From: Burkholderiales bacterium
GTDB lineage: Bacteria; Pseudomonadota; Gammaproteobacteria; Burkholderiales; Thiobacillaceae
Assembly: GCA_005790965.1 (NCBI GenBank)
Contig: SXTL01000024.1
Location: 1-48,022 of the forward strand
DNA: 48,022 bases
Direction: 5' to 3'
Within the stretch, counting starts at the first letter, position 1. Each line of letters opens with the position of its first letter. This document shows, piece by piece, positions 29,594-39,170 of this stretch. The notes under the pieces are model-generated. The model saw nothing but the letters and a program-made list of their open reading frames with translations, made no database searches and had not been told where the DNA came from. Both the position numbers and the translations under genes were made by a program.

Positions 29594-31102
29594 ATGACCG
29601 ATTATCTGGAAAAAATCCTGCTCGCCCGTGTCTACGATGTGGCTATCGAATCGCCGTTGGAGGTGGCCGCAAATCTGTCGCGGCGGCTGAACAATACGGT
29701 CTTGCTCAAACGCGAGGACCTGCAGCCGGTGTTTTCGTTCAAGCTGCGCGGGGCCTATAACAAGATGGCCGGTCTGACGCCGGGGCAACTGAAACGCGGC
29801 GTAGTGGCAGCCTCGGCGGGCAATCACGCGCAGGGCGTAGCCCTGTCAGCGCAGCGCCTAGGTTGTGCGGCGACCATCGTTATGCCGGCGACCACGCCGC
29901 AGATCAAGGTTGATGCGGTGGCCAGTCGTGGTGCCACCGTGGTGCTGTACGGTGATTCGTATGATGAGGCCTATCACCATGCCCGGGCGTTGGCGCGGGC
30001 CGAGAAAAAAACCTTTGTGCATCCTTATGACGACCCCGAGGTGATTGCAGGGCAAGGCACCATCGGCATGGAGTTGTTGCGCCAGGCGCGGCAGCCGATT
30101 GATGCGGTGTTTGTGCCGGTGGGTGGCGGTGGGCTGATTGCCGGTATTGCGGTCTATCTCAAGCGCCTGAACCCGAAGATCAAGGTCATTGGCGTCGAGC
30201 CGGAAGAGGCCGATGCGATGGCGCGCAGCCTGTGCAAAAAGGAACGGGTGCGCTTGCCGCAGGTGGGGCTTTTTGCCGATGGTGTGGCCGTGAAAGAGGT
30301 GGGCGAAGAGACCTTCCGGCTTTGCCGGCAGTTTGTTGACGAGGTTATCCGCGTCGACAACGACGCGATTTGCGCGGCGATCAAAGATGTATTCGAGGAC
30401 ACCCGTTCCATCCTAGAGCCAGCTGGAGCGCTGGGCGTGGCTGGGGCTAAGGTCTGGGCGCTGCGCGAAAAGGCCAAAGGTAAGAATCTGGTGGCTATTG
30501 CCTCAGGGGCTAACATGAATTTCGATCGCCTGCGTTTTGTCGCTGAACGCGCCGAGTTGGGCGAAAAGCGCGAGGCGGTGCTGGCGGTGACAATTCCCGA
30601 AAAACCGGGCAGTTTTCGCACCTTCTGCCACTTGCTGGGCGCGCGCAGTATTACCGAATTCAACTACCGCTTTGACGATCCGGCCGTGGCGCACATCTAT
30701 GTCGGCGTGCAGGTGCCCAACCGGGCTGAGGGCGAGAAGCTGGCCGCGGCCCTGCAAAAACACGATTTCCCGGTGCTGGATCTGTCCGACAACGAGATGG
30801 CCAAGCTGCATATCCGCCATCTGGTTGGTGGCCGGGCGCGCGAGGCCAAGCACGAGGTCCTCTACCGCTTTGAGTTTCCCGAACGCCCGGGCGCGCTAAT
30901 GCGTTTTCTCGACAGTATGAATGCGGGCTGGAATATCAGCCTGTTCCATTACCGCAACCACGGCGCCGATCACGGCCGCGTGCTGTGTGGCATCCAGGTG
31001 CCGCCGGCAGACAAGGCCAAATTCCAGAAGTTTCTCGATGGCTTGGGCTATCGTTATTGGAACGAGAGCCGCAACCCGGCGTACAAGCTGTTCTTGGCTT
31101 AG
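29594..31102 (+). CDS. ilvA: Threonine ammonia-lyase, biosynthetic (IlvA), with two C-terminal ACT-like regulatory domains
   Basis: 502 aa with the PLP lysine motif QPVFSFKLRGAYN and GGGGLIAG. The C-terminal duplicated regulatory region is typical of biosynthetic IlvA. Confidence 0.96.
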   Translation: MTDYLEKILLARVYDVAIESPLEVAANLSRRLNNTVLLKREDLQPVFSFKLRGAYNKMAGLTPGQLKRGVVAASAGNHAQGVALSAQRLGCAATIVMPATTPQIKVDAVASRGATVVLYGDSYDEAYHHARALARAEKKTFVHPYDDPEVIAGQGTIGMELLRQARQPIDAVFVPVGGGGLIAGIAVYLKRLNPKIKVIGVEPEEADAMARSLCKKERVRLPQVGLFADGVAVKEVGEETFRLCRQFVDEVIRVDNDAICAAIKDVFEDTRSILEPAGALGVAGAKVWALREKAKGKNLVAIASGANMNFDRLRFVAERAELGEKREAVLAVTIPEKPGSFRTFCHLLGARSITEFNYRFDDPAVAHIYVGVQVPNRAEGEKLAAALQKHDFPVLDLSDNEMAKLHIRHLVGGRAREAKHEVLYRFEFPERPGALMRFLDSMNAGWNISLFHYRNHGADHGRVLCGIQVPPADKAKFQKFLDGLGYRYWNESRNPAYKLFLA

Positions 31103-31115
31103 ATTGCGAATCAGC

Positions 31116-31144
31116 AAAAAACCCGGCCTAGGCCGGGTTTTTTT
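31116..31144. terminator. Bidirectional rho-independent terminator between convergent ilvA and the DUF2892 gene
   Basis: AAAAAA-CCCGGCCTAGGCCGGG-TTTTTTT: a perfect 16-nt GC-rich palindrome flanked by an A-run and a T-run. Confidence 0.85.
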
Positions 31145-31156
31145 GGGGCAGAGGGA

Positions 31157-31345
31157 TTATTTCGTCTTGCAGGTCTTGATGCCAAAGGGTAGATAGGCCG
31201 GGCACCAGCTAATGACGCCGGTGGCGAGCGGAACGATGCCGATCCAAGCCCAAGTGGGCCCGCCGAGAAGAGCGGCCCAAGCGACGAGCGCCAAGCCGAT
31301 GACGATACGCAGGGTGCGGTCGAGGCCGCCGACATTCGCTTGCAT
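31157..31345 (-). CDS. DUF2892 (YgaP C-terminal-like) small inner-membrane protein
   Basis: 62 aa. The GGLDRTLRIVIGLALV motif and two TM helices are typical of DUF2892. Confidence 0.75.
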   Translation of the reverse strand: MQANVGGLDRTLRIVIGLALVAWAALLGGPTWAWIGIVPLATGVISWCPAYLPFGIKTCKTK

Positions 31346-31413
31346 GTGAATCTCCAGAGAGGGCTACGGGACTTCAGTATAGGCGATTCCGGCGCCGATA
31401 AACCGGGTTCCCG

Positions 31414-31863
31414 TCAGGGCTTATTCCAGCGCTGGGCGGCACTTTCGTCGCTAGTGCGGGCGTCGACCCACTGCCCACCGGCAGTGGTTGTTTCCTTCTT
31501 CCAGAACGGCGCACGGGTCTTAAGAAAATCCATGATGAACTCGCAAGCGGCAAAGGCTTCGCCACGATGAGCGCTGGCTATGGCCACTAGGACGATAGGC
31601 TCGCAGGGGGCGAGGGGGCCAATCCGGTGGATGACTGTAGCGTCGAGCACGGCCCAGCGTGACTGCGCCTCCTGCACAATGGCCGCAAGCGACTTCTCGG
31701 TCATGCCGGGATAGTGTTCCAAGGCCATCTCGCTGACTTGGCCCGACTCGCTCCGCACCGTGCCAAGAAAAGTGGCGATGGCTCCGACGGAGGGGTTGTT
31801 GCGATGCAAGGCGGTAACCTCGGCGTTAAGGTCGAAGACCTCGGTCTGGACAGTGATTTTCAC
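31414..31863 (-). CDS. moaE: Molybdopterin synthase catalytic subunit MoaE
   Basis: 149 aa with GAIATFLGTVR, ALEHYPGM, SAHRGEAF and PFWKKE motifs. Confidence 0.94.
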   Translation of the reverse strand: MKITVQTEVFDLNAEVTALHRNNPSVGAIATFLGTVRSESGQVSEMALEHYPGMTEKSLAAIVQEAQSRWAVLDATVIHRIGPLAPCEPIVLVAIASAHRGEAFAACEFIMDFLKTRAPFWKKETTTAGGQWVDARTSDESAAQRWNKP

Positions 31864-31864
31864 C

Positions 31865-32119
31865 CTAACCTCCGGTCACGGGCGGGAAGAGGGCCACTTC
31901 GTCGCCTTCGCTGAGTGGCGTGTTGAGGTCGGCCATTTCCTGATTTACCGCAATGCGGAAGTTGCGCCCCGCCGCCAGTTCGGTCGCCCAAACTCCGCCA
32001 CGGTCGCGCAGGGCGCCGAGCAGATCGGCCACCGTGGCCGGCGCATTTAGCGTGAACGAGGTGCGGGAGACACCCAAGGTCTCGCGTAGGCGGGCGAAAA
32101 AGAGCAGTTGCAGGTTCAT
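31865..32119 (-). CDS. moaD: Molybdopterin synthase sulfur carrier subunit MoaD
   Basis: 84 aa with a ubiquitin-like fold, ending in FPPVTGG (C-terminal Gly-Gly). Confidence 0.93.
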   Translation of the reverse strand: MNLQLLFFARLRETLGVSRTSFTLNAPATVADLLGALRDRGGVWATELAAGRNFRIAVNQEMADLNTPLSEGDEVALFPPVTGG

Positions 32120-33303
32120 GAGAGGAGGCTCGCGAAGGGAATGTACTGCACGAGGTCCCCGTGTTTTATCGGCGTATCGGCGGGGATGTCAACCAAGCCC
32201 TCGGCCCAGGCCAGGGAGGACAGGGCCCCGGAACTCTGATTGGGGTAAAGGATTACTTGTCCATTTTCGATGCGGGCGCGCATGAATTCGCGCCGGTTGC
32301 CAGGCGTGGGCTTGGCAAAGCCACTGGTTAGCGTAAAGGCGGTCAGGGCCTTCGGGGTCATGCCCATGCGGGCCTGCAGGAAGGGGCGTGCAAATAGGCA
32401 GAACACGACAAAGGCCGATACGGGATTGCCTGGCAAGCCGAGAAAATCTGTCGCGCCGATGCGGCCGAAGGCGAGGGGCTTTCCCGGTTTCATGGCGACC
32501 TTCCACATGTCGAGTCGGCCAAGTTGGGTGAGTGCAGTCTTGACATGGTCTTCCTCGCCGACGGAGACCCCACCGCTGGTGACGATGATATCGGCGCACG
32601 CGGCGGCCTGTTCCAAAGCCGAAACGGTTGCCGTCAGGGTGTCTGGGACATCGCCCAAATCAATGACATGGCAACCTATCTGATGGAGCAAGGCGGTGAG
32701 GGTGGCGCGATTGCTGTTGTAGATTTGGCCGGGTCCGAGGGCCTCGCCCGGGGCTTTGAGCTCGTCGCCAGTGAAGAACACGGCCACCTTGAGCGGCCGG
32801 GTGACTTGGAGGATGGCCGCTCCTGCGGCGGCGGCCAGGCCAAGCTGGGCTGGCCCCAGGCGAGTACCCGCGCTCAGAAGAGTTTGCCCCTCGGTAAAAT
32901 CCTCGCCGGCGCGGCGGATGTGCTCGCCCAGGCGCGGGCGGCGCACGATGCGAATCTGTTCGCCTGCGGCGACGCAGTCTTCCTGCATCACGATGGCATC
33001 GGCTCCAAGCGGGACGGGCGCACCGGTGAAAATGCGCGCCACGCTAGCGGGGGCGAGTTCGGCCCCGATGTGGCCGGCTGGGATGCGTTGGGAGATGGGG
33101 TACAGACGGTCTTCGGCCCATTCCGCGCAACGCACGGCATAGCCGTCCATGGCCGAGTTATCGAGAGGCGGGACACTGACCCTGGAGATCAGCGGGGTGG
33201 CTAGTATGCGACCCTGGGCCAAAGCGAGTGGCAGCCATTCCGGGTTGGTCACGGGTTGTGCGGCAGAAAGCAGGGTTTGCAGGGCTTCTTCGATGCTCAG
33301 CAT
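32116..33303 (-). CDS. moeA: Molybdopterin molybdenumtransferase MoeA
   Basis: 395 aa with SAMDGYAV, GADAIVMQE, SGGVSVGEEDH and PGNPVSAFV motifs. ATGA overlap with moaD. Confidence 0.95.
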   Translation of the reverse strand: MLSIEEALQTLLSAAQPVTNPEWLPLALAQGRILATPLISRVSVPPLDNSAMDGYAVRCAEWAEDRLYPISQRIPAGHIGAELAPASVARIFTGAPVPLGADAIVMQEDCVAAGEQIRIVRRPRLGEHIRRAGEDFTEGQTLLSAGTRLGPAQLGLAAAAGAAILQVTRPLKVAVFFTGDELKAPGEALGPGQIYNSNRATLTALLHQIGCHVIDLGDVPDTLTATVSALEQAAACADIIVTSGGVSVGEEDHVKTALTQLGRLDMWKVAMKPGKPLAFGRIGATDFLGLPGNPVSAFVVFCLFARPFLQARMGMTPKALTAFTLTSGFAKPTPGNRREFMRARIENGQVILYPNQSSGALSSLAWAEGLVDIPADTPIKHGDLVQYIPFASLLS

Positions 33304-33794
33304 GGGATGTCCAGTGTGTCGAGGATGAAGGCCGCGATGGCGGCGCTGTCATTGAGGTCAAAGTGGGGCAGATTGCCGGGTGGGCTGCCATCGCTGGCAA
33401 CGGCAATGATTCGGGGATCGTCCGGATGCAGCCAGGGTTGGCCGTTGGTGGTGCGCCAGACTTCCAGCTTGGGCAGGTCGGCATGACGGAAGCCCTCCAC
33501 CAGCACCAAGTCGCAGGGTCCGAGTCGGGTCAATAGTGCATCGAGGCCCGGTTCTGGTGCGCCGCGCAGTTCGCCGACCAGCATCCAGCGGAAGGGCGAT
33601 GTCAGCATGACCTCCTGTGCGCCGGCCTGGCGGTGGCGCCAAGAGTCCTTGCCGGGCCGGTCAACCTCGACATCGTGGTGACTTTGCTTGATGACGGAGA
33701 CAGTAATCCCACGCGCGACAAAAGCGGCCAGCAGTTTTTCGATCAGGGTGGTTTTTCCGGCCCCGCTGTAGCCGGCAATACCGAGAATCTTCAT
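33297..33794 (-). CDS. mobB: Molybdopterin-guanine dinucleotide biosynthesis adapter protein MobB
   Basis: P-loop GIAGYSGAGKTTLIEKL. ATG 33794 forms an ATGA overlap with the glk stop. The ORF track starts at GTG 33803. Confidence 0.9.
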   Translation of the reverse strand: MKILGIAGYSGAGKTTLIEKLLAAFVARGITVSVIKQSHHDVEVDRPGKDSWRHRQAGAQEVMLTSPFRWMLVGELRGAPEPGLDALLTRLGPCDLVLVEGFRHADLPKLEVWRTTNGQPWLHPDDPRIIAVASDGSPPGNLPHFDLNDSAAIAAFILDTLDIPC

Positions 33795-34741
33795 GTCTCG
33801 CACGCCGCGAGGGCGGCACCCTTGAGGCCGATGTCGGGGTCAAGGACGACATGCAGCGGGATGCTGCGCATCCAGTCAGAGAAGCGGCCCTTGGCCAAAA
33901 AGGCCTCGAGAAAGGCTGGTGTTTGCAGGAAGGGCAGGATTTGCGGGGCGATACCTCCGGCCAGATAGACACCGCAGTGCGCCCCGCCGACCAGTGCCAG
34001 ATCGCCGGCGACCTGCGCATAGATGCGCGCGAAGAGCTGGAGTGCGGCCACCGCGGCGGTGTCCGAACGGGCCAGGGCGGCGGCGCTGATAGCGGCCGAA
34101 TCTTGTAGCGCCGGGGTTTGGTTGAGCCGGGCACACTCAAAGCGATACAGTGACAGAATGCCCGGGCCGGAGAGAATGCGTTCCACGGAGACTCGGCCAT
34201 GATGGGTGCTACGCAAGAAGGCGAGCAAGGCGTCTTGTTTGGCATCCAGAGGCGCAAAGGCGATATGTCCTCCTTCACCGGGGAGCGGTCGCCAGACCTT
34301 GCCTTGCGGCGCACAGAGCGCAACGCCCAAACCAGTGCCGGCCCCCAGAACAGCACGGGCGGTATTGGGTTTGGGGTTGCCGGTTTGCAGGGTATGCAGG
34401 TTTTCCGGGCTTAGGGCGCCGACTCCCCAGCCAACGGCAGCAAAGTCGTTGAGCAGGGAGAGACGCAGGCCGAGTTCGTCACCGAGTTGCTGCGCATCAA
34501 TCTGCCAGCCCAAGTTGGTCAGGCTGCACGATTGGCCATCGGTGGGTCCGGCGACGGCCAAGCTGGCCCGCGTCAGGCGTTTCTGGTTGGCCAGATAGTC
34601 GCGCAGGGTGACAGTCAGGTTGGTGTGGGTCTGGTTGAGGAAACGCTCGACCGGAGAGATGCGAACCTTGTTGCCAATGCCAACCTCAGCAATGGCGAGA
34701 CGAGTGTGGGTACCACCAATATCCCCGACGAGGAGATTCAT
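33791..34741 (-). CDS. glk: Glucokinase (Glk family)
   Basis: 316 aa with LVGDIGGTHTRLA, LNDFAAVGWG, GAGTGLGVA, EGGHIAFAP, ERILSGPG and YLAGGIAP motifs of bacterial Glk. Confidence 0.92.
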   Translation of the reverse strand: MNLLVGDIGGTHTRLAIAEVGIGNKVRISPVERFLNQTHTNLTVTLRDYLANQKRLTRASLAVAGPTDGQSCSLTNLGWQIDAQQLGDELGLRLSLLNDFAAVGWGVGALSPENLHTLQTGNPKPNTARAVLGAGTGLGVALCAPQGKVWRPLPGEGGHIAFAPLDAKQDALLAFLRSTHHGRVSVERILSGPGILSLYRFECARLNQTPALQDSAAISAAALARSDTAAVAALQLFARIYAQVAGDLALVGGAHCGVYLAGGIAPQILPFLQTPAFLEAFLAKGRFSDWMRSIPLHVVLDPDIGLKGAALAACET

Positions 34742-35445
34742 GGCTGGAGTCCCTCAATCCAGCGGCCGTACAGGCGATCGGCGATGGCCGTCATGGCGGG
34801 TAATTTGGCGGGTATTTCGGCCTGCATGACAGCGGCGCTTTGCACGGCGGGGCTGTCTGCGGCTCCGGCGAGATAATCCGCCCCGACGCGACACCATTCG
34901 TGGATCATGGGCGCAGTCATTTCGACATGGCACTGCAAGCCCAGGTGCGGGCCAAGTACAAAAGCTTGGTTGGGACAGTACGCACTTTCCAGAATGCGGG
35001 TCGCCGCATGGGGAATCGAAAAAGTTTCGCCATGCCAGTGAAAGGCGTCAAATTGTCGGGCCTCGCCCAGCCAATGTTGCGCGAGCGGGCCACCCAGGGC
35101 CGTGACGGTGCCCCAACCGATTTCTTTGACCGGGTTGGCCGATACGGTGCCGTCGAGGGCCTTGGCCAGGAGCTGACCGCCCAGACAATGGCCCAGTACC
35201 GGGATGTTGGCCGTGACCGCGGCACGGATCAGGGCCAGACTGTCGGCGATCCAGGGCAGGTCATCGTTGACACTCATCGGCCCCCCCATAAAGACCAGAC
35301 CCGAGCTGTCGAGCGCCGAGGCAGGTATGGGGTTGCCCTGATCAACCAGGTGAAGCACAAACGGAATGCCTTGTGAGCGCAGGAATTCGGCAATGTGTCC
35401 GGGCCCTTCGCTAGGGGTATGGCGGAAAATGGTGACGGGTTTCAT
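34738..35445 (-). CDS. Class I (type 1) glutamine amidotransferase, GuaA-N-like stand-alone protein
   Basis: 235 aa. Nucleophile elbow GHCLGGQLL and a His in QCHVE. ATGA overlap with glk. Confidence 0.85.
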   Translation of the reverse strand: MKPVTIFRHTPSEGPGHIAEFLRSQGIPFVLHLVDQGNPIPASALDSSGLVFMGGPMSVNDDLPWIADSLALIRAAVTANIPVLGHCLGGQLLAKALDGTVSANPVKEIGWGTVTALGGPLAQHWLGEARQFDAFHWHGETFSIPHAATRILESAYCPNQAFVLGPHLGLQCHVEMTAPMIHEWCRVGADYLAGAADSPAVQSAAVMQAEIPAKLPAMTAIADRLYGRWIEGLQP

Positions 35446-35517
35446 GATGGCGACCGAGAATTTGCGGCATTATGCCATCGCTATAAACGGATGGCCTTGA
35501 CGAAAACAGGGGGTGAC

Positions 35518-36357
35518 ATGGATCGGCGGCAATTTAGTTTGGGGACATTGGCCACGATGCTGGCTTGGGTTGGGCCTTCTGCGTGGGCGGCTGACTTATT
35601 GTTGGCCGAGGTTTATTCAGATTCGCTGGATCCGGCAGACTACTGGGTCAGCGAGAAGATGGATGGGGTGCGAGCCTATTGGGATGGTCAGACTTTGCGG
35701 TTTCGCAGCGATCGGCGTATTGCGGCGCCGGATTGGTTTGTTGCCAGTCTGCCCAAGGCCCCACTCGATGGGGAGTTGTGGCTGGGCCGCGGGACCTTTG
35801 AGGCACTCTCTGCGACGGTGCGGCGCAGCGTGCCCCGCGATGAGGAGTGGCAGGGCGTGCGTTACATGATCTTTGAACTCCCGGGGGCCGAGGGAGATTT
35901 CACAACGCGGATCGAGGCGATGCGCCGCCTCGTAGGACATATTAATCGGCGTTGGATCCAGACGGTCGAGCAGTTTCGAGTGGCCGATCGGGCCGAGCTG
36001 CAGCGCCGTCTGGAGGCCGTAGTTGCGCAAGGGGGCGAGGGCTTGATGTTGCATCGGGCGGATGCCGTTTATGCCACAGGTCGTTCGCAGACCTTGTTGA
36101 AGCTAAAGCCCTGGCAGGATGCCGAGGCGGTCGTTATCGCTCATCAACCGGGGCAAGGTAAACACGCTGGCCGCCTGGGTGCCTTGCGGGTGCGCTCGCC
36201 GGAGGGGCTGGAATTCGATCTAGGCACCGGGTTTAGCGATGCCGTTCGGCAGGACCCGCCGCCGGTTGGCAGTACGGTGACCTACCGCTACACGGGACGC
36301 ACTAGCGAGGGTATCCCGCGTTTTGCCCACTATTGGCGGCGTCGGGAAGCGGATTAA
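35518..36357 (+). CDS. ATP-dependent DNA ligase, minimal Lig E (periplasmic) type, with an N-terminal signal peptide
   Basis: Adenylation motif I SEKMDGVR, motif III LDGELW, motif IV EGLMLH and motif V LLKLKP, plus an OB domain. N-terminus MDRRQFSLGTLATMLAWVGPSAWA-AD. AGGGGG RBS lies upstream of ATG 35518. Confidence 0.88.
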   Translation: MDRRQFSLGTLATMLAWVGPSAWAADLLLAEVYSDSLDPADYWVSEKMDGVRAYWDGQTLRFRSDRRIAAPDWFVASLPKAPLDGELWLGRGTFEALSATVRRSVPRDEEWQGVRYMIFELPGAEGDFTTRIEAMRRLVGHINRRWIQTVEQFRVADRAELQRRLEAVVAQGGEGLMLHRADAVYATGRSQTLLKLKPWQDAEAVVIAHQPGQGKHAGRLGALRVRSPEGLEFDLGTGFSDAVRQDPPPVGSTVTYRYTGRTSEGIPRFAHYWRRREAD

Positions 36358-36402
36358 TCCAGCTCGCAGGTGGCGATCAGCTCGTTGGCCGGTGGGATTG
36401 GC

Positions 36403-37254
36403 TTATTGGGTCTTGTCGCGCTCAATCAGGGCGTAGGCCGAGTGGTTGTGGATGGACTCAAAGTTTTCTGCTTCGACGACATAGGCGTCGATCCGCGCAT
36501 CGGCGTTGAGGGAGGCGGCCACATCGCGCACGAGGTCTTCGACGAATTTGGGGTTGTCGTAAGCGCGTTCGGTGACATATTTCTCGTCCGGGCGCTTGAG
36601 CAAGCCCCAGAGTTCACAGGAGCCGTTGTCTTCGGCAAAGCGGACAATTTCTTCGATCCAGACAAAGCTGTTGGTGCGCACCGTAAGCGTGACATGCGAG
36701 CGCTGGTTGTGGGCGCCGTAGTCAGAGATCTTCTTGGAGCACGGACACAGGCTGGTGACCGGCACCACGACCTTGATCCACTGCTGATACCGGCCCTTGT
36801 CGACCTCGCCAATAAAGGTGACATCGTAGTCAATCATGCTTTGCACGCCCGATACCGGCGCGGCTTTACTGATGAAGTAAGGGAAGCTCATCTCGACATG
36901 GCCGGATTCGGCCTCCAGGCGTTCGACCATCTGGCGCAGCATCTGCTCGAAGTTCTCGACCGAGATCTCGCGTTCATGGCTGTTGAGGATCTCAACAAAG
37001 CGAGACATGTGCGTACCCTTGAAGTGGTGCGGCAGGTACACATACATATTGAAGTTAGCGATGGTGTGCTGCACGCCAGCCGATTTGTCCGCTACCTTGA
37101 TCGGGTGGCGAATCGCCTTGATGCCGACCTTGTCGATGGCGATTTGCCGGGTGTCGGCGTAATTCTGCACATCGGCGATAGTCTCGGTGGCCGGGCAGGG
37201 GGCATCGGTGTTGCAGGCGATCTGGCAATCCGCGTTGCGGTCATTCTGGGACAT
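36403..37254 (-). CDS. folE2: GTP cyclohydrolase I type 2 (FolE2/MptA family)
   Basis: 283 aa with LCPCSK, GAHNQRS and [10 protein letters not shown] motifs characteristic of FolE2. A TTTACT-17 nt-TAGAAT promoter-like element lies in the 62-nt gap after dxs. Confidence 0.92.
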   Translation of the reverse strand: MSQNDRNADCQIACNTDAPCPATETIADVQNYADTRQIAIDKVGIKAIRHPIKVADKSAGVQHTIANFNMYVYLPHHFKGTHMSRFVEILNSHEREISVENFEQMLRQMVERLEAESGHVEMSFPYFISKAAPVSGVQSMIDYDVTFIGEVDKGRYQQWIKVVVPVTSLCPCSKKISDYGAHNQRSHVTLTVRTNSFVWIEEIVRFAEDNGSCELWGLLKRPDEKYVTERAYDNPKFVEDLVRDVAASLNADARIDAYVVEAENFESIHNHSAYALIERDKTQ

Positions 37255-37316
37255 GTTGGGGGAATTCCGTGTGAAGGTATGGGACGAATTCTACCCGAGG
37301 CCAATACCAAAGTAAA

Positions 37317-39170
37317 TTAGTCAAGTAATGCGCGCAGGCGGTTTTCGATCCCGGCGGCATCCAACCCGCAGCGGTTGAGCAAGGTTTGCGGATCGCCATG
37401 TTCGATAAAGCGATCGGGCAGACCCAGGTGATGGATTGCGGTGGGGAGGCCCATGGCCGTCAAGGCCTCGGCCACAGCCGAGCCGGCGCCTCCCGCTAGG
37501 GCGTTTTCTTCCACGGTGAGCAAGCTACGGTGGGTCTCGGCCAGGGTGCGAATGAGGTCAAGATCGAGGGGTTTGACGAAGCGCATGTCGACCACGGTGG
37601 CATTGACGGCCTCGGCGGCGCTTAACGCTGCAGCGACACGGCTGCCGAAGGCGAGGATGGCGATCGCCTGGCCGTGCCGACGGATGACACCTTTTCCAAT
37701 CGGTACGGTAGCCAGATCGGCCGGGGTCTCGACGGCCGGACCGGCGCCACGCGGGTAGCGCACAGCGGTCGGGCCTGGATGTTGGTAACAAGTTGAGAGC
37801 AAGCGCCGACACTCGGCCGCATCGGACGGGGCGGCAATAATCAGGTTGGGGATGCAGCGCAGGAAGGACAGGTCAAATGCGCCGGCGTGGGTGGGGCCAT
37901 CGGCGCCGACCAAGCCACCGCGATCGACGGCGAGCAGCACGGGCAGGTTTTGCAGGGCAATGTCGTGGATGAGCTGGTCGTAGGCGCGTTGTAAGAAAGT
38001 CGAGTAAATGGCCACCACGGGTTTGACGCCTTCGCAGGCCAGGCCAGCCGCGAAAGTGAGCGCATGCTGCTCGGCAATGCCAACATCGAAGTAGCGGTCG
38101 GGATGGCGTTCGGCAAAGGCGACGAGGCCCGATCCCTCGCTCATGGCCGGCGTAATGGCGTAGAGGCGCGGATCGGCTGCGGCTTGGTCCAGTAACCACT
38201 GGCCGAACACCTCGGTATAGGTGGGCTGGCTGTTGGTGGCCGCCTCGAAGCCGGCCTCGACCTTGAATTTGCCCACGCCGTGGTACAGGGTCGGCTCACT
38301 CTCGGCCGGCTCGTAGCCTTTACCTTTCTTGGTGACGACATGGAGCAGTTGCGGGCCATCCATTTTCTTGAGATTAGCCAGGGTGGTGATCAGGGTCGGC
38401 AGGTCGTGACCGTCGATGGGGCCGTAATAGTTAAAGCCAAATTCCTCGAACAGGGTGCTGGGGGTGACCATGCCCTTCATATGCTCCTCAGCTCGCCGCG
38501 CGAGTTCATAGAGCGGCGGCATCGTGGCGAGGATCTTTTCGCCCTGGCGGCGCATCGTGTTGTAAAAGCGCCCAGAAAGCAGGCGCGTCAGGTAATTCGA
38601 CAGGGCGCCAACATTGTTCGAGATCGACATCTCGTTGTCGTTCAGAACCACAATGAGATTAGCATCGGCTGCGCCAGCATTGTTGAGGGCCTCGAAGGCC
38701 ATGCCGGCGGACATTGCGCCATCACCGATAATGGCTACGGCGCGGCGGTTTAAACCCGCCCGTTTCGCCGCGATGGCCATGCCCAGCGCGGCAGAGATCG
38801 AGGTGCTGGAATGGCCGGCCACAAAGCTGTCGAATGCGCTTTCTTCGCGTTTCGGAAAGCCCGAGAGGCCATCGGTCTGGCGCAGGGTGGGCATCCGGTT
38901 GCGGCGGCCGGTGAGGATTTTATGGGCGTAGGTCTGGTGGCCCACATCCCAGACCAAGCGTTCGTCGGGCGTGTCAAAGACGCGATGCAGGGCGATGGTA
39001 AGTTCGACTACGCCGAGGTTGGAGGCAAAATGCCCGCCGGTTTTCGAGACGCTGTGGATGATGTCGTTGCGTAGTTCGCCAGCCAGGGTGCGGAGCTCAT
39101 CTAGGCTGAGGTTGCGCAGGTCGGTCGGGCTGGCGATGCGGTCGAGAATGGGGGTATCCGGGGCGCTCAC
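37317..39170 (-). CDS. dxs: 1-deoxy-D-xylulose-5-phosphate synthase
   Basis: 617 aa with the TPP-binding [19 protein letters not shown] and [14 protein letters not shown]. The GTG start directly abuts the ispA stop. Confidence 0.97.
   Translation of the reverse strand: MSAPDTPILDRIASPTDLRNLSLDELRTLAGELRNDIIHSVSKTGGHFASNLGVVELTIALHRVFDTPDERLVWDVGHQTYAHKILTGRRNRMPTLRQTDGLSGFPKREESAFDSFVAGHSSTSISAALGMAIAAKRAGLNRRAVAIIGDGAMSAGMAFEALNNAGAADANLIVVLNDNEMSISNNVGALSNYLTRLLSGRFYNTMRRQGEKILATMPPLYELARRAEEHMKGMVTPSTLFEEFGFNYYGPIDGHDLPTLITTLANLKKMDGPQLLHVVTKKGKGYEPAESEPTLYHGVGKFKVEAGFEAATNSQPTYTEVFGQWLLDQAAADPRLYAITPAMSEGSGLVAFAERHPDRYFDVGIAEQHALTFAAGLACEGVKPVVAIYSTFLQRAYDQLIHDIALQNLPVLLAVDRGGLVGADGPTHAGAFDLSFLRCIPNLIIAAPSDAAECRRLLSTCYQHPGPTAVRYPRGAGPAVETPADLATVPIGKGVIRRHGQAIAILAFGSRVAAALSAAEAVNATVVDMRFVKPLDLDLIRTLAETHRSLLTVEENALAGGAGSAVAEALTAMGLPTAIHHLGLPDRFIEHGDPQTLLNRCGLDAAGIENRLRALLD

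Noticed and set aside
36370-37320. 316-aa + strand ORF
   Set aside because: It is exactly antisense to folE2, whose product carries clear family motifs. The translation is repetitive (V/D/G/H-rich) and matches no recognisable family.
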